From Macrostomum lignano (Eukaryota), in NCBI GenBank assembly GCA_002269645.1, contig NIVC01000997.1:186001-250000 (forward strand): a stretch of DNA of 64,000 nucleotides. The letters are read 5' to 3'. Numbering within the stretch: position 1 is the first letter of the stretch; each line of letters starts with the position of its first letter. Shown in pieces: positions 51,049 to 64,000 of the stretch. The notes below the pieces were generated by a model, which saw only the letters and a list, made by a program, of their open reading frames with translations, ran no database searches and was not told the DNA's origin. A program made the position numbers and the translations under genes.

Positions 51049-51584
51049 ATTTTTTGTTTAACTAATTTTAAAAATCGTATATTTTTTACGAATATCAATC
51101 CGGAAGAAATTAACTGCGTAACAAATGATTAAAATAAATACAAATTGATAAAACAGTACAACCAAGTTTCGCCAAGCAATAAAGCAATTAAATTAATTTG
51201 ACTTAAACAGAGGCTAAGCCGGAAATTTTCCACTATTTTGAGTATTGCATGGATTTCGATTTTTTTGTAAATTATGAAGTTTCCTTAGAATGTTTGCTCT
51301 TTCAGTTGATTCCTATTCAATTAATGCGAAAACCGGTATAGCTGTGTCTGTTTTATTCACCTGTTGATTAATTAATTAAGCTATTTTTTCGCGGAAAAGT
51401 CTATAAATGCGATTTTTTGTGTTCCTTTATAATAACAATACTGGGCTTTTTGCGGCAAGTGCATATGTGCGTTTTTCAATTTAGATTTTTCATAAGTGCT
51501 CTTCCATTTTATCAGCCATCTACATTCTACTAGATGCATGTATACTACAGCCCCTGACACACCTTTACCTTTAATATTAAGACT

Positions 51585-52835
51585 AGCAGCCCTGTTCAGT
51601 CTCTGCAGTCCCTAGCAACAATGCCAGTCTCCAACACAGAGGCCCTAGCAACAGAGCTCTTCTCCAATCTAGAGTCTCTAGCAACAATGCTATTCTCCAA
51701 CATGGGCCCTAGCAACAGAGCTCTTCTGCAATCTAGAGCCTCTAGCAACAATGCTATTCTCCAACATGGGCCCTAGCACCAGAGCTCTTCTCCAATCTAG
51801 AGTCTCTAGCAACAATGCTATTCTCCAACATGGGCCCTAGCATCAGAGCTCTTCTCCAATCTAGAGTCTCTAGCAACAATGCTATTCTCCAACATGGGCC
51901 CTAGCATCAGAGCTCTTCTCCAATCTAGAGTCTCTAGCAACAATGCTATTCTCCAACATGGGCCCTAGCATCAGAGCTCTTCTCCAATCTAGAGTCTCTA
52001 GCAACAATGCCAGTCTCCAACACAGAGGCCCTAGCATCAGAGCTCTTCTCCAATCTAGAGTCTCTAGCAACAATGCTATTCTCCAACATGGGCCCTAGCA
52101 TCAGAGCTCTTCTCCAATCTAGAGTCTCTAGCAACAATGCCAGTCTCCAACACAGAGGCCCTAGCAACAGAGCTCTTCTCCAATCTAGAGTCTCTAGCAA
52201 CAATGCTATTCTCCAACATGGGCCCTAGCATCAGAGCTCTTCTCCAATCTAGAGTCTCTAGCAACAATGCTATTCTCCAACATGGGCCCTAGCATCAGAG
52301 CTCTTCTCCAATCTAGAGTCTCTAGCCACAATGCTATTCTCCAACATGGGCCCTAGCATCAGAGCTCTTCTCCAATCTAGAGTCTCTAGCAACAATGCTA
52401 TTCTCCAACATGGGCCCTAGCAACAGAGCTCTTCTCCAATCTAGAGTCTCTAGCAACAATGCTATTCTCCAACATGGGCCCTAGCATCAGAGCTCTTCTC
52501 CAATCTAGAGTCTCTAGCAACAATGCTATTCTCCAACATGGGCCCTAGCATCAGAGCTCTTCTCCAATCTAGAGTCTCTAGCCACAATGCTATTCTCCAA
52601 CATGGGCCCTAGCAACAGAGCTCTTCTCCAATCTAGAGTCTCTAGCAACAATGCTATTCTCCAACATGGGCCCTAGCATCAGAGCTCTTCTCCAATCTAG
52701 AGTCTCTAGCCACAATGCTATTCTCCAACATGGGCCCTAGCATCAGAGCTCTTCTCCAATCTAGAGTCTCTAGCCACAATGCTATTCTCCAACATGGGCC
52801 CTAGCAACAGAGCTCTTCAGCAATCTAGAGCCCCT
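51585..52835 (+). repeat. 64-bp satellite built from two diverged ~32-bp subunits
   Basis: CTAGCAACAATGCTATTCTCCAACATGGGCC + CTAGCATCAGAGCTCTTCTCCAATCTAGAGTCT, about 19 units. Confidence 0.93.
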
Positions 52836-53609
52836 TAGCAGCTCTCTTCTCCAATCCTAGAGTTCAAAGCAATCAGCAGTTAGCCCAGTATTGATTAAAT
52901 CACGCGTTTCAATACGGCGTTCTTTCTCTAAGAATAGCTTATAAATTTTCTCGCACGAATCAGTTGATTGTTAAATAATTTTTACTGTAAAATAATGCTG
53001 CGCGCGCTTTGTAAGTCCAGCTGTTGATTATATATATTTTTTCGAAATGTACTTTTTTCTTCGCATTGAGTCTCAGCCAACAGCCAGAATTTGTACAATA
53101 GCCTACTAATTTTCAACTGATAATTACAGTAGTATTTCGTTATTGATAATATAATGTAGAAGTCTTGTGTAAGCATGCAATTAAAACATTATTAGTAATT
53201 TTGGGCAAATTTTTAAATAATGTATTTGGTATTTTGCGAAGAAAAAATATAACCATTTTTGTATTAATCCCCTCAGTATATTAAATACGAGCTATAAGCA
53301 CTACGTATATTTCGACTAAACGATAAAGATTGAAGTTTTGATTTTACTCAATTTTTTCTTTATTTAAAATCTGCCTACACTTTGCTTTCGCCTTTAAGCC
53401 AATTTCGACAGCTACAAGCAGATTAAATGGCATTTTGTAATTAACGCTTAGAGATGGCGCTAGATGTAGGCTTACAATTTGTGTAAAAGTTCTACTCGAA
53501 CTTGGAAATTCGAATCTTCAGGAAAATCTGAGAACTAAACTGGTTAAAATCAAATTATTGTTTAAACAAAACCTTTATTTCATCTGCAGAACACTATTTG
53601 CACAGATGC

Positions 53610-55084
53610 CAGTGTGACCACTGCTGTGTTATTTGTGTTTTTCTGTGTTTTTTTTTAAAATAGCTGTGTTATTGTGTTTTTTAAGAAGTCATCCCTTTTC
53701 TGTGTTAAACTAAAATAAACAGCCCAATTTAGCTTTTTCTTGTGTTTTTATATTTTCTACCTGGGTGGAAAGCAACTGGCAGTAGCAAGGAAGGCCACTA
53801 GCCCAGCCCTTTATGCGTCCTGACGTAATTGAGGAGGCCACAACGTTGAAATACCTGGCAGAGAAGGCCAGAGACCGCAGCTGTCAGGTCACTAATGGCG
53901 AGCTAGCAGTTGGCGGTTTGACAAGGGACACTATTAAGGAGCTCACAGGCGTTCAAAAGGTGGCATTCAATATGTCTGTTCGTCAGTTCTATGGAGAACT
54001 CATTGTTCGACTTTTAAAGTACCTGCCACTGGACAACAAAGTTCTGAGAGGAACCAGCTTTCTGAAGCCAGAGTTCTTCCTTTCATCAGATTGCACGTTT
54101 GACGGCTACATTTTACCTGTTGCACAGGCCATGCCTTCTGTTGTGCCCAGGAGCGAACTCGACAACCTGCGAGTTGAATTTGCTACTTTGCGTTCCGACT
54201 GCCCTGCATCATTGAAGGACGAAACGATGCCCGAGAAATTCTGGGCCAAAGTATCAGCTGAAAGATTTCCCCTGCTGACACTGCTTGCTCGAACTACTCG
54301 TACTTGCAGCCTTCCACACGGCAATGCCGATAGCGGGTACTAAACTGGCTCGCAAACAACTTAACGAAGCAGCGCAATCAGCTACGTGATGCAACGTTGG
54401 ACTCGCTAATTGCTATCAAGACCTGGATGAAATTCCACGGTGCCTCGTGCATCACGGCCAATGTCGGAGTCGACCTCGTCAGAGCGGGTTTTGCAGCAAA
54501 AGCAAAAGCGGATGAAAGAGTGCGCTCGAAGAAGACTGAAGAAACAATGAACAGCGAACAGGCTCCAAGCTGCCTTTTAGTTCACAGCAGCAAAATTTGC
54601 AGCAGTTGCAAAAGGATGCAACGACACAGCGAAATATTGATGCCATGCGTAGGAAGGCGCAGGAGCTGCTTACAGAAGCAGCTTCAGCTGAACAGGAATT
54701 GCGCCAGCGCCGAGGCCCAGCTCCAGCTGCAAAGAAGTCGAGGCTCTCTAGTGCGCCTTCTACTAGGGGGAGGGGACGTTGAATTGATGACATACAAATC
54801 ACGAGTTCTGCAGTCGTGATTCTTGTGAACTTTAAAATTGATTGACTATATATACCGTTTCAATCCATCCCTACAACGTATGATTGATGACGATGTCGAT
54901 TTAAGATGAAAATGTGCATGCTTGAAGCTGGAATGAATTAAAATGAGAATTGCTATTCGGACAATAAGTAAGCATTGGCAAAATTGCTATAGTGAATGTT
55001 TTTCACTTTTTCTTCATTTAAGTAGCTGCTGTTTTTTTCTTTCTAGCTGTGTTATTTTTCACATTTTTGTTGGTGGTCATACTG
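53610..55084 (+). mobile_element. Internally deleted hAT transposon (1475 bp) with C-terminal transposase fragment at 53813-~54780
   Basis: TIR CAGT(G/A)TGACCAC; exact 8-bp TSD ACAGATGC (53602-53609 and 55085-55092); KFWAKV...FPLLTLLA...SLPHGNADS then LTKQRNQL...SLIAIK, a hAT dimerisation domain broken at the SERxFS motif. Confidence 0.88.
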
Positions 55085-55335
55085 ACAGATGCCCAAAACA
55101 AGAAATTAATATTCAAATCTAGTTCAACTACTTAGAATAAAAACTTAAAATTTACGCACTTGTGAAAGTATTCTGCAAGTGTACCTTTCAGCTATTATCT
55201 AGCGGCAAAAAAATATCTTCAGATGTAATCAGATTTCTTTTTTTCTACTATCAGTAGAGTATCTCGAAGCAGCATTATAATTTTGTATTTATCAGAGTTT
55301 TAAACGTCATGAACTTGCTTTCCTAGAAACGCCAG

Positions 55336-55366
55336 CCAATGAGAATGCACCACGAGCTACACGTCA
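55336..55366 (+). promoter_or_regulatory. ER stress element ERSE-I (CCAAT-N9-CCACG) plus adjacent UPRE/XBP1-like TGACGTGT (minus strand, 55366-55359)
   Basis: CCAAT GAGAATGCA CCACG at 55336-55354 is an exact consensus match, about 1.25 kb upstream of the BiP ATG. Confidence 0.7.
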
Positions 55367-56600
55367 ACATGAATATGGTAAAATTTGCTTGCCGCGCGAA
55401 TTTAAATACTCTTGTCGAACTCTCCTTACTTGCCAACTTTAGCAGGTTCCCATGGCCGGGTATTTATTCGCTCGATCCTTGGCAGCCAGCGACTAGTCTC
55501 GAAGACGAGTCATTACCCCGAATAGGTCTGTAGACTGATTATTTATTAGTATCAACAGCAAAACAGTCCTTTTTCCCGACCAAGTCCGGAACTGCGAGAG
55601 ACAAGCGTCAGCAAACAAAGCAGCGGCCTGACTCACCGTCTCAACCAGCCAAGTGAACAAAATCTTGCTCAATTGCATGCTGCATTTGCAACTGCGAACT
55701 GCTTGGTCTAGGCCTACGCCGCCTACTCGACCTACTGAGCTTCACAATTCGAGTCGAGTTTCGATCTACTTTCTATTGCCATTGGCATTGGAATTGGGAG
55801 TATTTAACTAATATTTTTTCCCTAACTTTATTTATATAATATAGTCTAGATCAGATAGCTTAGCTCTTTAACAAACTAGCTGTAAGATAATATGCCTAAA
55901 TATTAGATATTTGGTCTGGGTGACATCATGTGTAAGTAATTTAGGAAATTTTATTTATATAGGGTAATAGGGATAGGCCTATAGTTATATATAGAAATAA
56001 TAAAAAATGATATGTTATATTATTAGTTTTATAATGTTATTAAAAAGCAAATTATAACTAATTGTTAGTCAAGGCAAAAATATCTTTGAGAAATTTAATA
56101 AATATTAATTAGGCCTACTCTTTGATTTAAAAAAGCTTATTAAACTTTTTATTTTTATCCCTAAAAATGATATTTCTACTTGTCCTAACTTTTCAAATAT
56201 AGCCATATATAGGCTTATATGCCATAAAATATCTTGAATAAAATAGTTAAAAATTGTCTTTTCGTTTTATGGCTTTAAGATCTAAGGTAGTACCAAATTA
56301 AAATTGGCTATCCTTTAGATTTAGTAAAGTGGATAAAGGTTCAAAAAAGTTATAAAAGGTAAACAAAAAGCAACTTTTACTAAAATACCTTTTTTATCTT
56401 TCCTTTTTATGGTTTTATTGTACTTCCTTATATTAAATGATTAGTCTTTTTTTAAAAGTTACTAGTTATACATCACATGTACCATTGCTAAGCTTATCAT
56501 AGCTATACCAGTTAGTCTAATCATTAATTAATATCTTATCTTAAATATATCTTATCCAATATTTCATTGCATGCTCTTAAATTCTCAAACTCAAACAAAA

Positions 56601-59688
<3,088 letters not shown>

Positions 59689-61468
59689 AAGACAGGCAGA
59701 AGCATGGAACAGTTAGATTGATGTTATCAGCACTAGCCTGTGTTCTGCATCATTGCCTATTGACTAACTTATCTGCGTAGGTCAAGAGAGGGGCTGAGAA
59801 ACAAAGAGATTTAATTAAAGTTCGACTTTCAGCCAATCAGAGTCTCGCGGAGTGAGGTGGGTGCAATATTCCTAGCCCCCCTCCCAGCCAATCGGCTTAA
59901 AGTTGCAGATAAAACGCTCAGTCTCAGTTTCTCGACCTCTTTTTTTTGTCTCTAATTATTCTTTGGTAGCTTGTATTTTGCCAATATCTTTACATGCTTC
60001 GGTAATTCCCTTCCATCCAGAATCAGACCGTCTCGTCTTAATTGTCTTGTCTTGTTTGCTTGTTTGTTCGTGTTTTCTTTTTTTGATTTTTTCGTCGGAC
60101 ACTTTTTCTTCTTTTGTCGCCTCCTCATTTTTCATCACTCTCCCTAATCTATTTGCCTGCTGTTATGATAATTTCAACATTCAAAATGAAACAGCGTTTA
60201 AAGGGAATCGTTGTCTTAGTAAGTTATTTATAGTAACTATATGCTAATTGCAATCTGCACTGTAAATGCCGACTGTTATTCCCAGGCTGCCAATATACCA
60301 CCGACAACGGAATAGAAATTTCTGATTTTTAATCCCAGAAAGGTGTTATAAAATCTTCATTCGCAAAATATAGTATGACTTTTTGTGACTGTGCAGTTTT
60401 TCAAAAGACCGCCCTGTATCCTCTGTTCGGACGCTTAGTAATTAAAAATTAATAATCTCCCATCGCATTTCCGTTATTAGAAAAGGGTGAGTAAAGCAAA
60501 GTCTCGAAATTAATTGTCCTCATAACTCATCCGATTCCCTCCTGTTCCTACTTCGCTGTTGCAATTAATATAATAATATTAGTACTCTATTATACAAATT
60601 ATACGGTAAATGATGAAAAAAATAAAAAATCTTTTTCCTGATGCTAGACACCCGTTGCATACTACTAAAATGCTACTTGTAACCCGTTTGACTGCGTGCA
60701 CGATTAGTCTGTTTTCTGTTTCCGGGTTGTGTTTTTTTCGGCCATCAATTATTATTCAGGCTGGTAGCGAATAAAACAAATATACTCCATGGGCCGTCTG
60801 GACAGCTGCCATTTCTTGTTTGAGTCTAGAGAAAAAATCAAAAGTATTTGCATTAACAACTAAAATTATTAAATATACCGATATCAAGTCAAGTAGTGCG
60901 GTTTGCGCACGACTGTTTGAATCTAATTAAATGGATTGGTAATCTTTGGCGCTCAAAAAAGTGAAATTATAAAATTTTGTCACCCTTAACTGCCGCCGCT
61001 GTGCGTTTTTTTATCCGACTTTGAATTGCCTCTTCATTTTTCCAACTCGATCGTAAGCAAAGCGTTTTGCACGAATTGAATCCTGATATTATCTCGGTCA
61101 GAATGGCTTACCCAACCAGCGCCGAGAGGCGGCTGGTTTCAAGTGCCGAACTGATAAAGGCTTTAGCGCGCAAATACCGTAAACTTGCGCGGACAAGATT
61201 ATATTGGAGAAAAAACAAGTTTGTTTGCAGCAGTGAATTCTAGTTTAGGACACCTGCTGTGTGTTGCTATCTGATTGCTGACCTTTATTTTGTGCTTAAG
61301 TGTCCCACAAGCAGAAACTGAAGCTTGCCCTGGTGCACGAAGTTTAAATTTTATACATGTATTGAAGATCTTCAAATAAAGATTGAATTGAAAATGTATG
61401 ATTGGGGTCGGCAGCTTATTGCAATTACGGCCTTTACATTTAGCCATAGGAGGCCGCCTAGCAAAAAT

Positions 61469-62857
61469 TCACATGTCCGTGTACGCTCTCGCTTGGTGCT
61501 GATTCATATGTAGCTCGTACATGTACGAGTAGAACTGGCCTGGTAGTGGCGGTGGCCCCACAACTGAGGATATGGGAGGCTGGACCAGCAACTGAGGATC
61601 TGGGAGGCTGGACCAGCAACTGAGGATCTGGGAGGCTGGCCCAGCAACTGAGGATCTGGGGGAGGCTGGCCAAGCAACTGGGGATCTGGGAAGCTGGCCC
61701 AGCAACTGAGGATCTGGGGGAGGCTGGCCCAGCAACTGAGGATCTGGGAAGCTGGCCCAGCAACAGGATCTGGGAAGCTGGCCCAGCAACTGAGGATCTG
61801 GGAAGCTGGCCCAGCAACTGAGGATCTGGGGGAGGCTGGCCCAGCAACTGAGGATCTGAAAAGCTGGCCCAGCAACTGAGGATCTGGGAAGCTGGCCCAG
61901 CAACTGAGGATCTGGGAAGCTGGCCCAGCAACTGAGGATATGGGGGAGGCTGGCCCAGCAACTGAGGATCTGGGAAGCTGGCCCAGCAACAGGATCTGGG
62001 AAGCTGGCCCAGCAACTGAGGATCTGGGAAGCTGGCCCAGCAACTGAGGATCTGGGGGAGGCTGGCCCAGCAACTGAGGATCTGGGAAGCTGGCCCAGCA
62101 ACTGAGGATCTGGGAAACTTGCCCAGCAACTGAGGATCTGGGAAGCTGGCCCAGCAACTGAGGATCTGGGGGAGGCTGGCCAAGCAACTGGGGATCTGGG
62201 AAGCTGGCCCAGCAACTGAGGATCTGGGAAGCTGGCCCAGCAACTGAGGATCTGGGGGAGGCTGGCCCAGCAACTGAGGATCTGGGAAGCTGGCCCAGCA
62301 ACTGAGGATCTGGGAAGCTGGCCCAGCAACTGAGGATCTGGGGGAGGCTGGCCCAGCAACTGAGGATCTGGGAAGCTGGCCCAGCAACTGAGGATCTGGA
62401 AAGCTGGCCCAGCAACTGAGGATCTGGGAGGCTGGCCCAGCAACTGAGGATCTGGGAAGCTGGCCCAGCAACTGAGGATCTGGGAGGCTGGCCCAGCAAC
62501 TGAGGATCTGGGAAGCTGGCCCAGCAACTGAGGATCTGGAAAGCTGGCCCAGCAACTGAGGATCTGGGAGGCTGGTGGCCCAGCAACTGAGAATCTGGGG
62601 GAGGCTGGCCCAGCAACTGAGAATCTGGGGGAGGCTGGCCCAGCAACTGAGGATCTGGTAAGCTGACCTGGGAACTGGGTAATAAAAAACTCAGTCAAAA
62701 CGCAGAAATTAAAAGATGTAGCATTAGAGAATCGCAGCATATCTAAAATGCCGCAACTGTGTTCTGCTGAACAAATTCTGTGTACTTCATACACAAAATT
62801 TATACGCAAAAGCCAAAGCTGGAACAACGAAAATGTTAAGAAAAAAGCTATTATCAT
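61469..62857 (-). CDS. Putative small 86-aa gene (exons 62857-62668 and 61539-61469) with a minisatellite-filled intron; unknown product
   Basis: Donor CCAG|GTCAGC and acceptor CCAG|GCCAG join in phase 1 to give MIIAFFLTFSLFQLWLL...FITQFPGQFYSYMYELH...TDM*; hydrophobic N-terminus; no homology recognised. Confidence 0.3.
   Translation of the reverse strand: MIIAFFLTFSLFQLWLLRINFVYEVHRICSAEHSCGILDMLRFSNATSFNFCVLTEFFITQFPGQLTRSSVAGPASPRFSVAGPASPRFSVAGPPASQILSCWASFPDPQLLGQLPRSSVAGPASQILSCWASFPDPQLLGQPPRSSVAGPAFQILSCWASFPDPQLLGQPPPDPQLLGQLPRSSVAGPASQILSCWASLPQILSCWASFPDPQLLGQLPRSPVAWPASPRSSVAGPASQILSCWASFPDPQLLGQLPRSSVAGPASPRSSVAGPASQILSCWASFPDPVAGPASQILSCWASLPHILSCWASFPDPQLLGQLPRSSVAGPAFQILSCWASLPQILSCWASFPDPQLLGQLPRSCCWASFPDPQLLGQPPPDPQLLGQLPRSPVAWPASPRSSVAGPASQILSCWSSLPDPQLLVQPPISSVVGPPPLPGQFYSYMYELHMNQHQARAYTDM
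61555..62660 (-). repeat. 27-29-bp minisatellite, same family as the BiP intron 4 array
   Basis: The minus strand reads GATCCTCAGTTGCTGGGCCAGC(C/T)TCCCA; about 40 units. Confidence 0.95.
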
Positions 62858-63328
62858 TGACGATCTGCAGATCTGACTGAATAGAACTGTATTGCAAAAT
62901 AAACTATAAAATACGGATGCATAAGAAACATATATTCATACTGAAGTGGCGGCACTAAGTTCTTAATAACTGTTTCGTTGCATGCATATAGTTTAAATAT
63001 GCTAATGAAAAAAATTTAGAAATAATGTATAAAAATATCATATGCCAGAAAGAACTAAATAATGTGTTATTTTAGATTGCCATAAGAAAAACATAATTTT
63101 TTTTCTATTGCCAAATAAAAACACACTCAATCAAAAACTTTAGAGGGAAAATGCCTAAATGTTGTTGGAAATAAAATGAGTTTAAGTAATATAATATGAA
63201 ACATAACAATAATCTACTCTTTTTAAAGGCCTTCAAAAACGATTCCAAGAAACCAAGTGCCAGGCCTACCCATTCTAATTTAGTAGTCCTTGTCCCAACC
63301 AACTATTAAGAATGAATAATCTAAAATC

Positions 63329-64000
63329 TTACATTGGCACAATGTTATTCCGCTGAACTTTGTACACGTAGCCCCAGGTTTTCACTACGCCCCGGTCGCG
63401 AACGGTGCTGGACACACGGACCAGCCAGCGAGGCTGCCAGCCCTGGCCGTCCGACTCGCGATTGAAGGCCTTAGCAACCGCTTGTTGCAACCGGTCGCTA
63501 GGCAACGGATCTGGACTATCGCTATGGGTCAGCAGTTGCATTCCGTTGGCGCTGGCAAAGTTACGCAATCGTAACGGCGTTGTGCAGGCAACCTGGAGTT
63601 TAGGGGATTCAGAATGTGACTGGCTGGCCTCCCCGCTGGTTGCGGCAAGTGTACTGTCGATTTGATCTACTAGGCCTACTAATGCCACTGCTACTGCCAC
63701 TGCTACTGCCACTGCTACTGCCACTGCCACTACTCCTACTACTACTACTACTAGTGCCACTACTACTACTACTACCGCTACTACTACTGCTACTACTACT
63801 ATTACTACTGCCAGGGCCTCACCTGAGTATGCAGCTGGCAGATCCTCGGTTTCTCCTTAGCCCATTGGTGCAGCGACTCGAGCAGATCCGGCACAAAGTC
63901 AGCGGCGCCTAAGCTGGCCACAACATCGGCGCAGTGCAGCTCTTCCAATTCCAGCCACAGCGGCTTCACGTCGTTCAATAGCAGGCCGCCAGCGTTAGGC
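63329..64000 (-). CDS. GCLM: Glutamate-cysteine ligase modifier subunit, 3' part; exons >64000-63823 and 63592-63329
   Basis: KPLWLELEEL...SLGAADF...LHQWAKEKP..Q|VACTTP...QLLTHSD...WQPRWLVRVSSTVRDRGVVKTWGY resembles the GCLM C-terminus (QLLTHND, WVPLWLLRYSVIVKSRGIIKSKGY). Confidence 0.88.
63685..63810 (+). repeat. (ACT)n/(GCCACT) simple repeat in the GCLM intron
   Basis: Direct reading. Confidence 0.9.

Noticed and set aside
61103-61243. 46-aa basic ORF MAYPTSAERR...
   Set aside because: It is short, has no recognisable homology, and no in-phase downstream exon could be joined.
63593-63760. N-terminal VAVAVA segment of ORF 63329-63760
   Set aside because: It is intronic simple repeat; the true GCLM exon starts at 63592.

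Overview
Eukaryotic (metazoan) genomic window. Compact GC-rich exons with poly-Ala/Gln, introns filled with mini- and microsatellites and AT-rich spacers fit a free-living flatworm such as Macrostomum (inference from sequence style only). Genes were reconstructed by hand across GT-AG junctions with consistent phase, and homologies are recognised from memory, not database searches. In order: TFAP2 (minus strand, 5' part), HSD17B14-like SDR (+), CEP15/C3orf14-like (-), POLR3F (+), MFSD1 (+), HSPA5/BiP (+, KDEL, with an exact ERSE and an UPRE-like motif upstream) and GCLM (-, 3' part). A nested transposon cluster lies between the head-to-head CEP15-like and POLR3F genes: a Harbinger/ISL2EU-like deletion derivative, a MULE-type MITE with a 9-bp TSD, a decayed Tc1/mariner carrying a nested MITE, and a 9.06-kb defective Gypsy LTR element with a 4-bp TSD, an unusual repeat linker in pol and an extra 3' ORF. 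Two hAT elements with 8-bp TSDs and about 20 distinct tandem arrays are also present. Best leads: (1) intron-filling minisatellites that carry splice-site motifs, including one family shared by two opposite-strand introns that both start at CAG|GTCAG; (2) the Gypsy accessory ORF behind a splice acceptor; (3) a CpG-dominated, possibly also CHG, deamination signature in the TEs; (4) a cluster of AP-2 sites inside the AP-2 gene. No CRISPR array, rRNA or tRNA gene was seen. Most long ORFs in the track are repeat artefacts.
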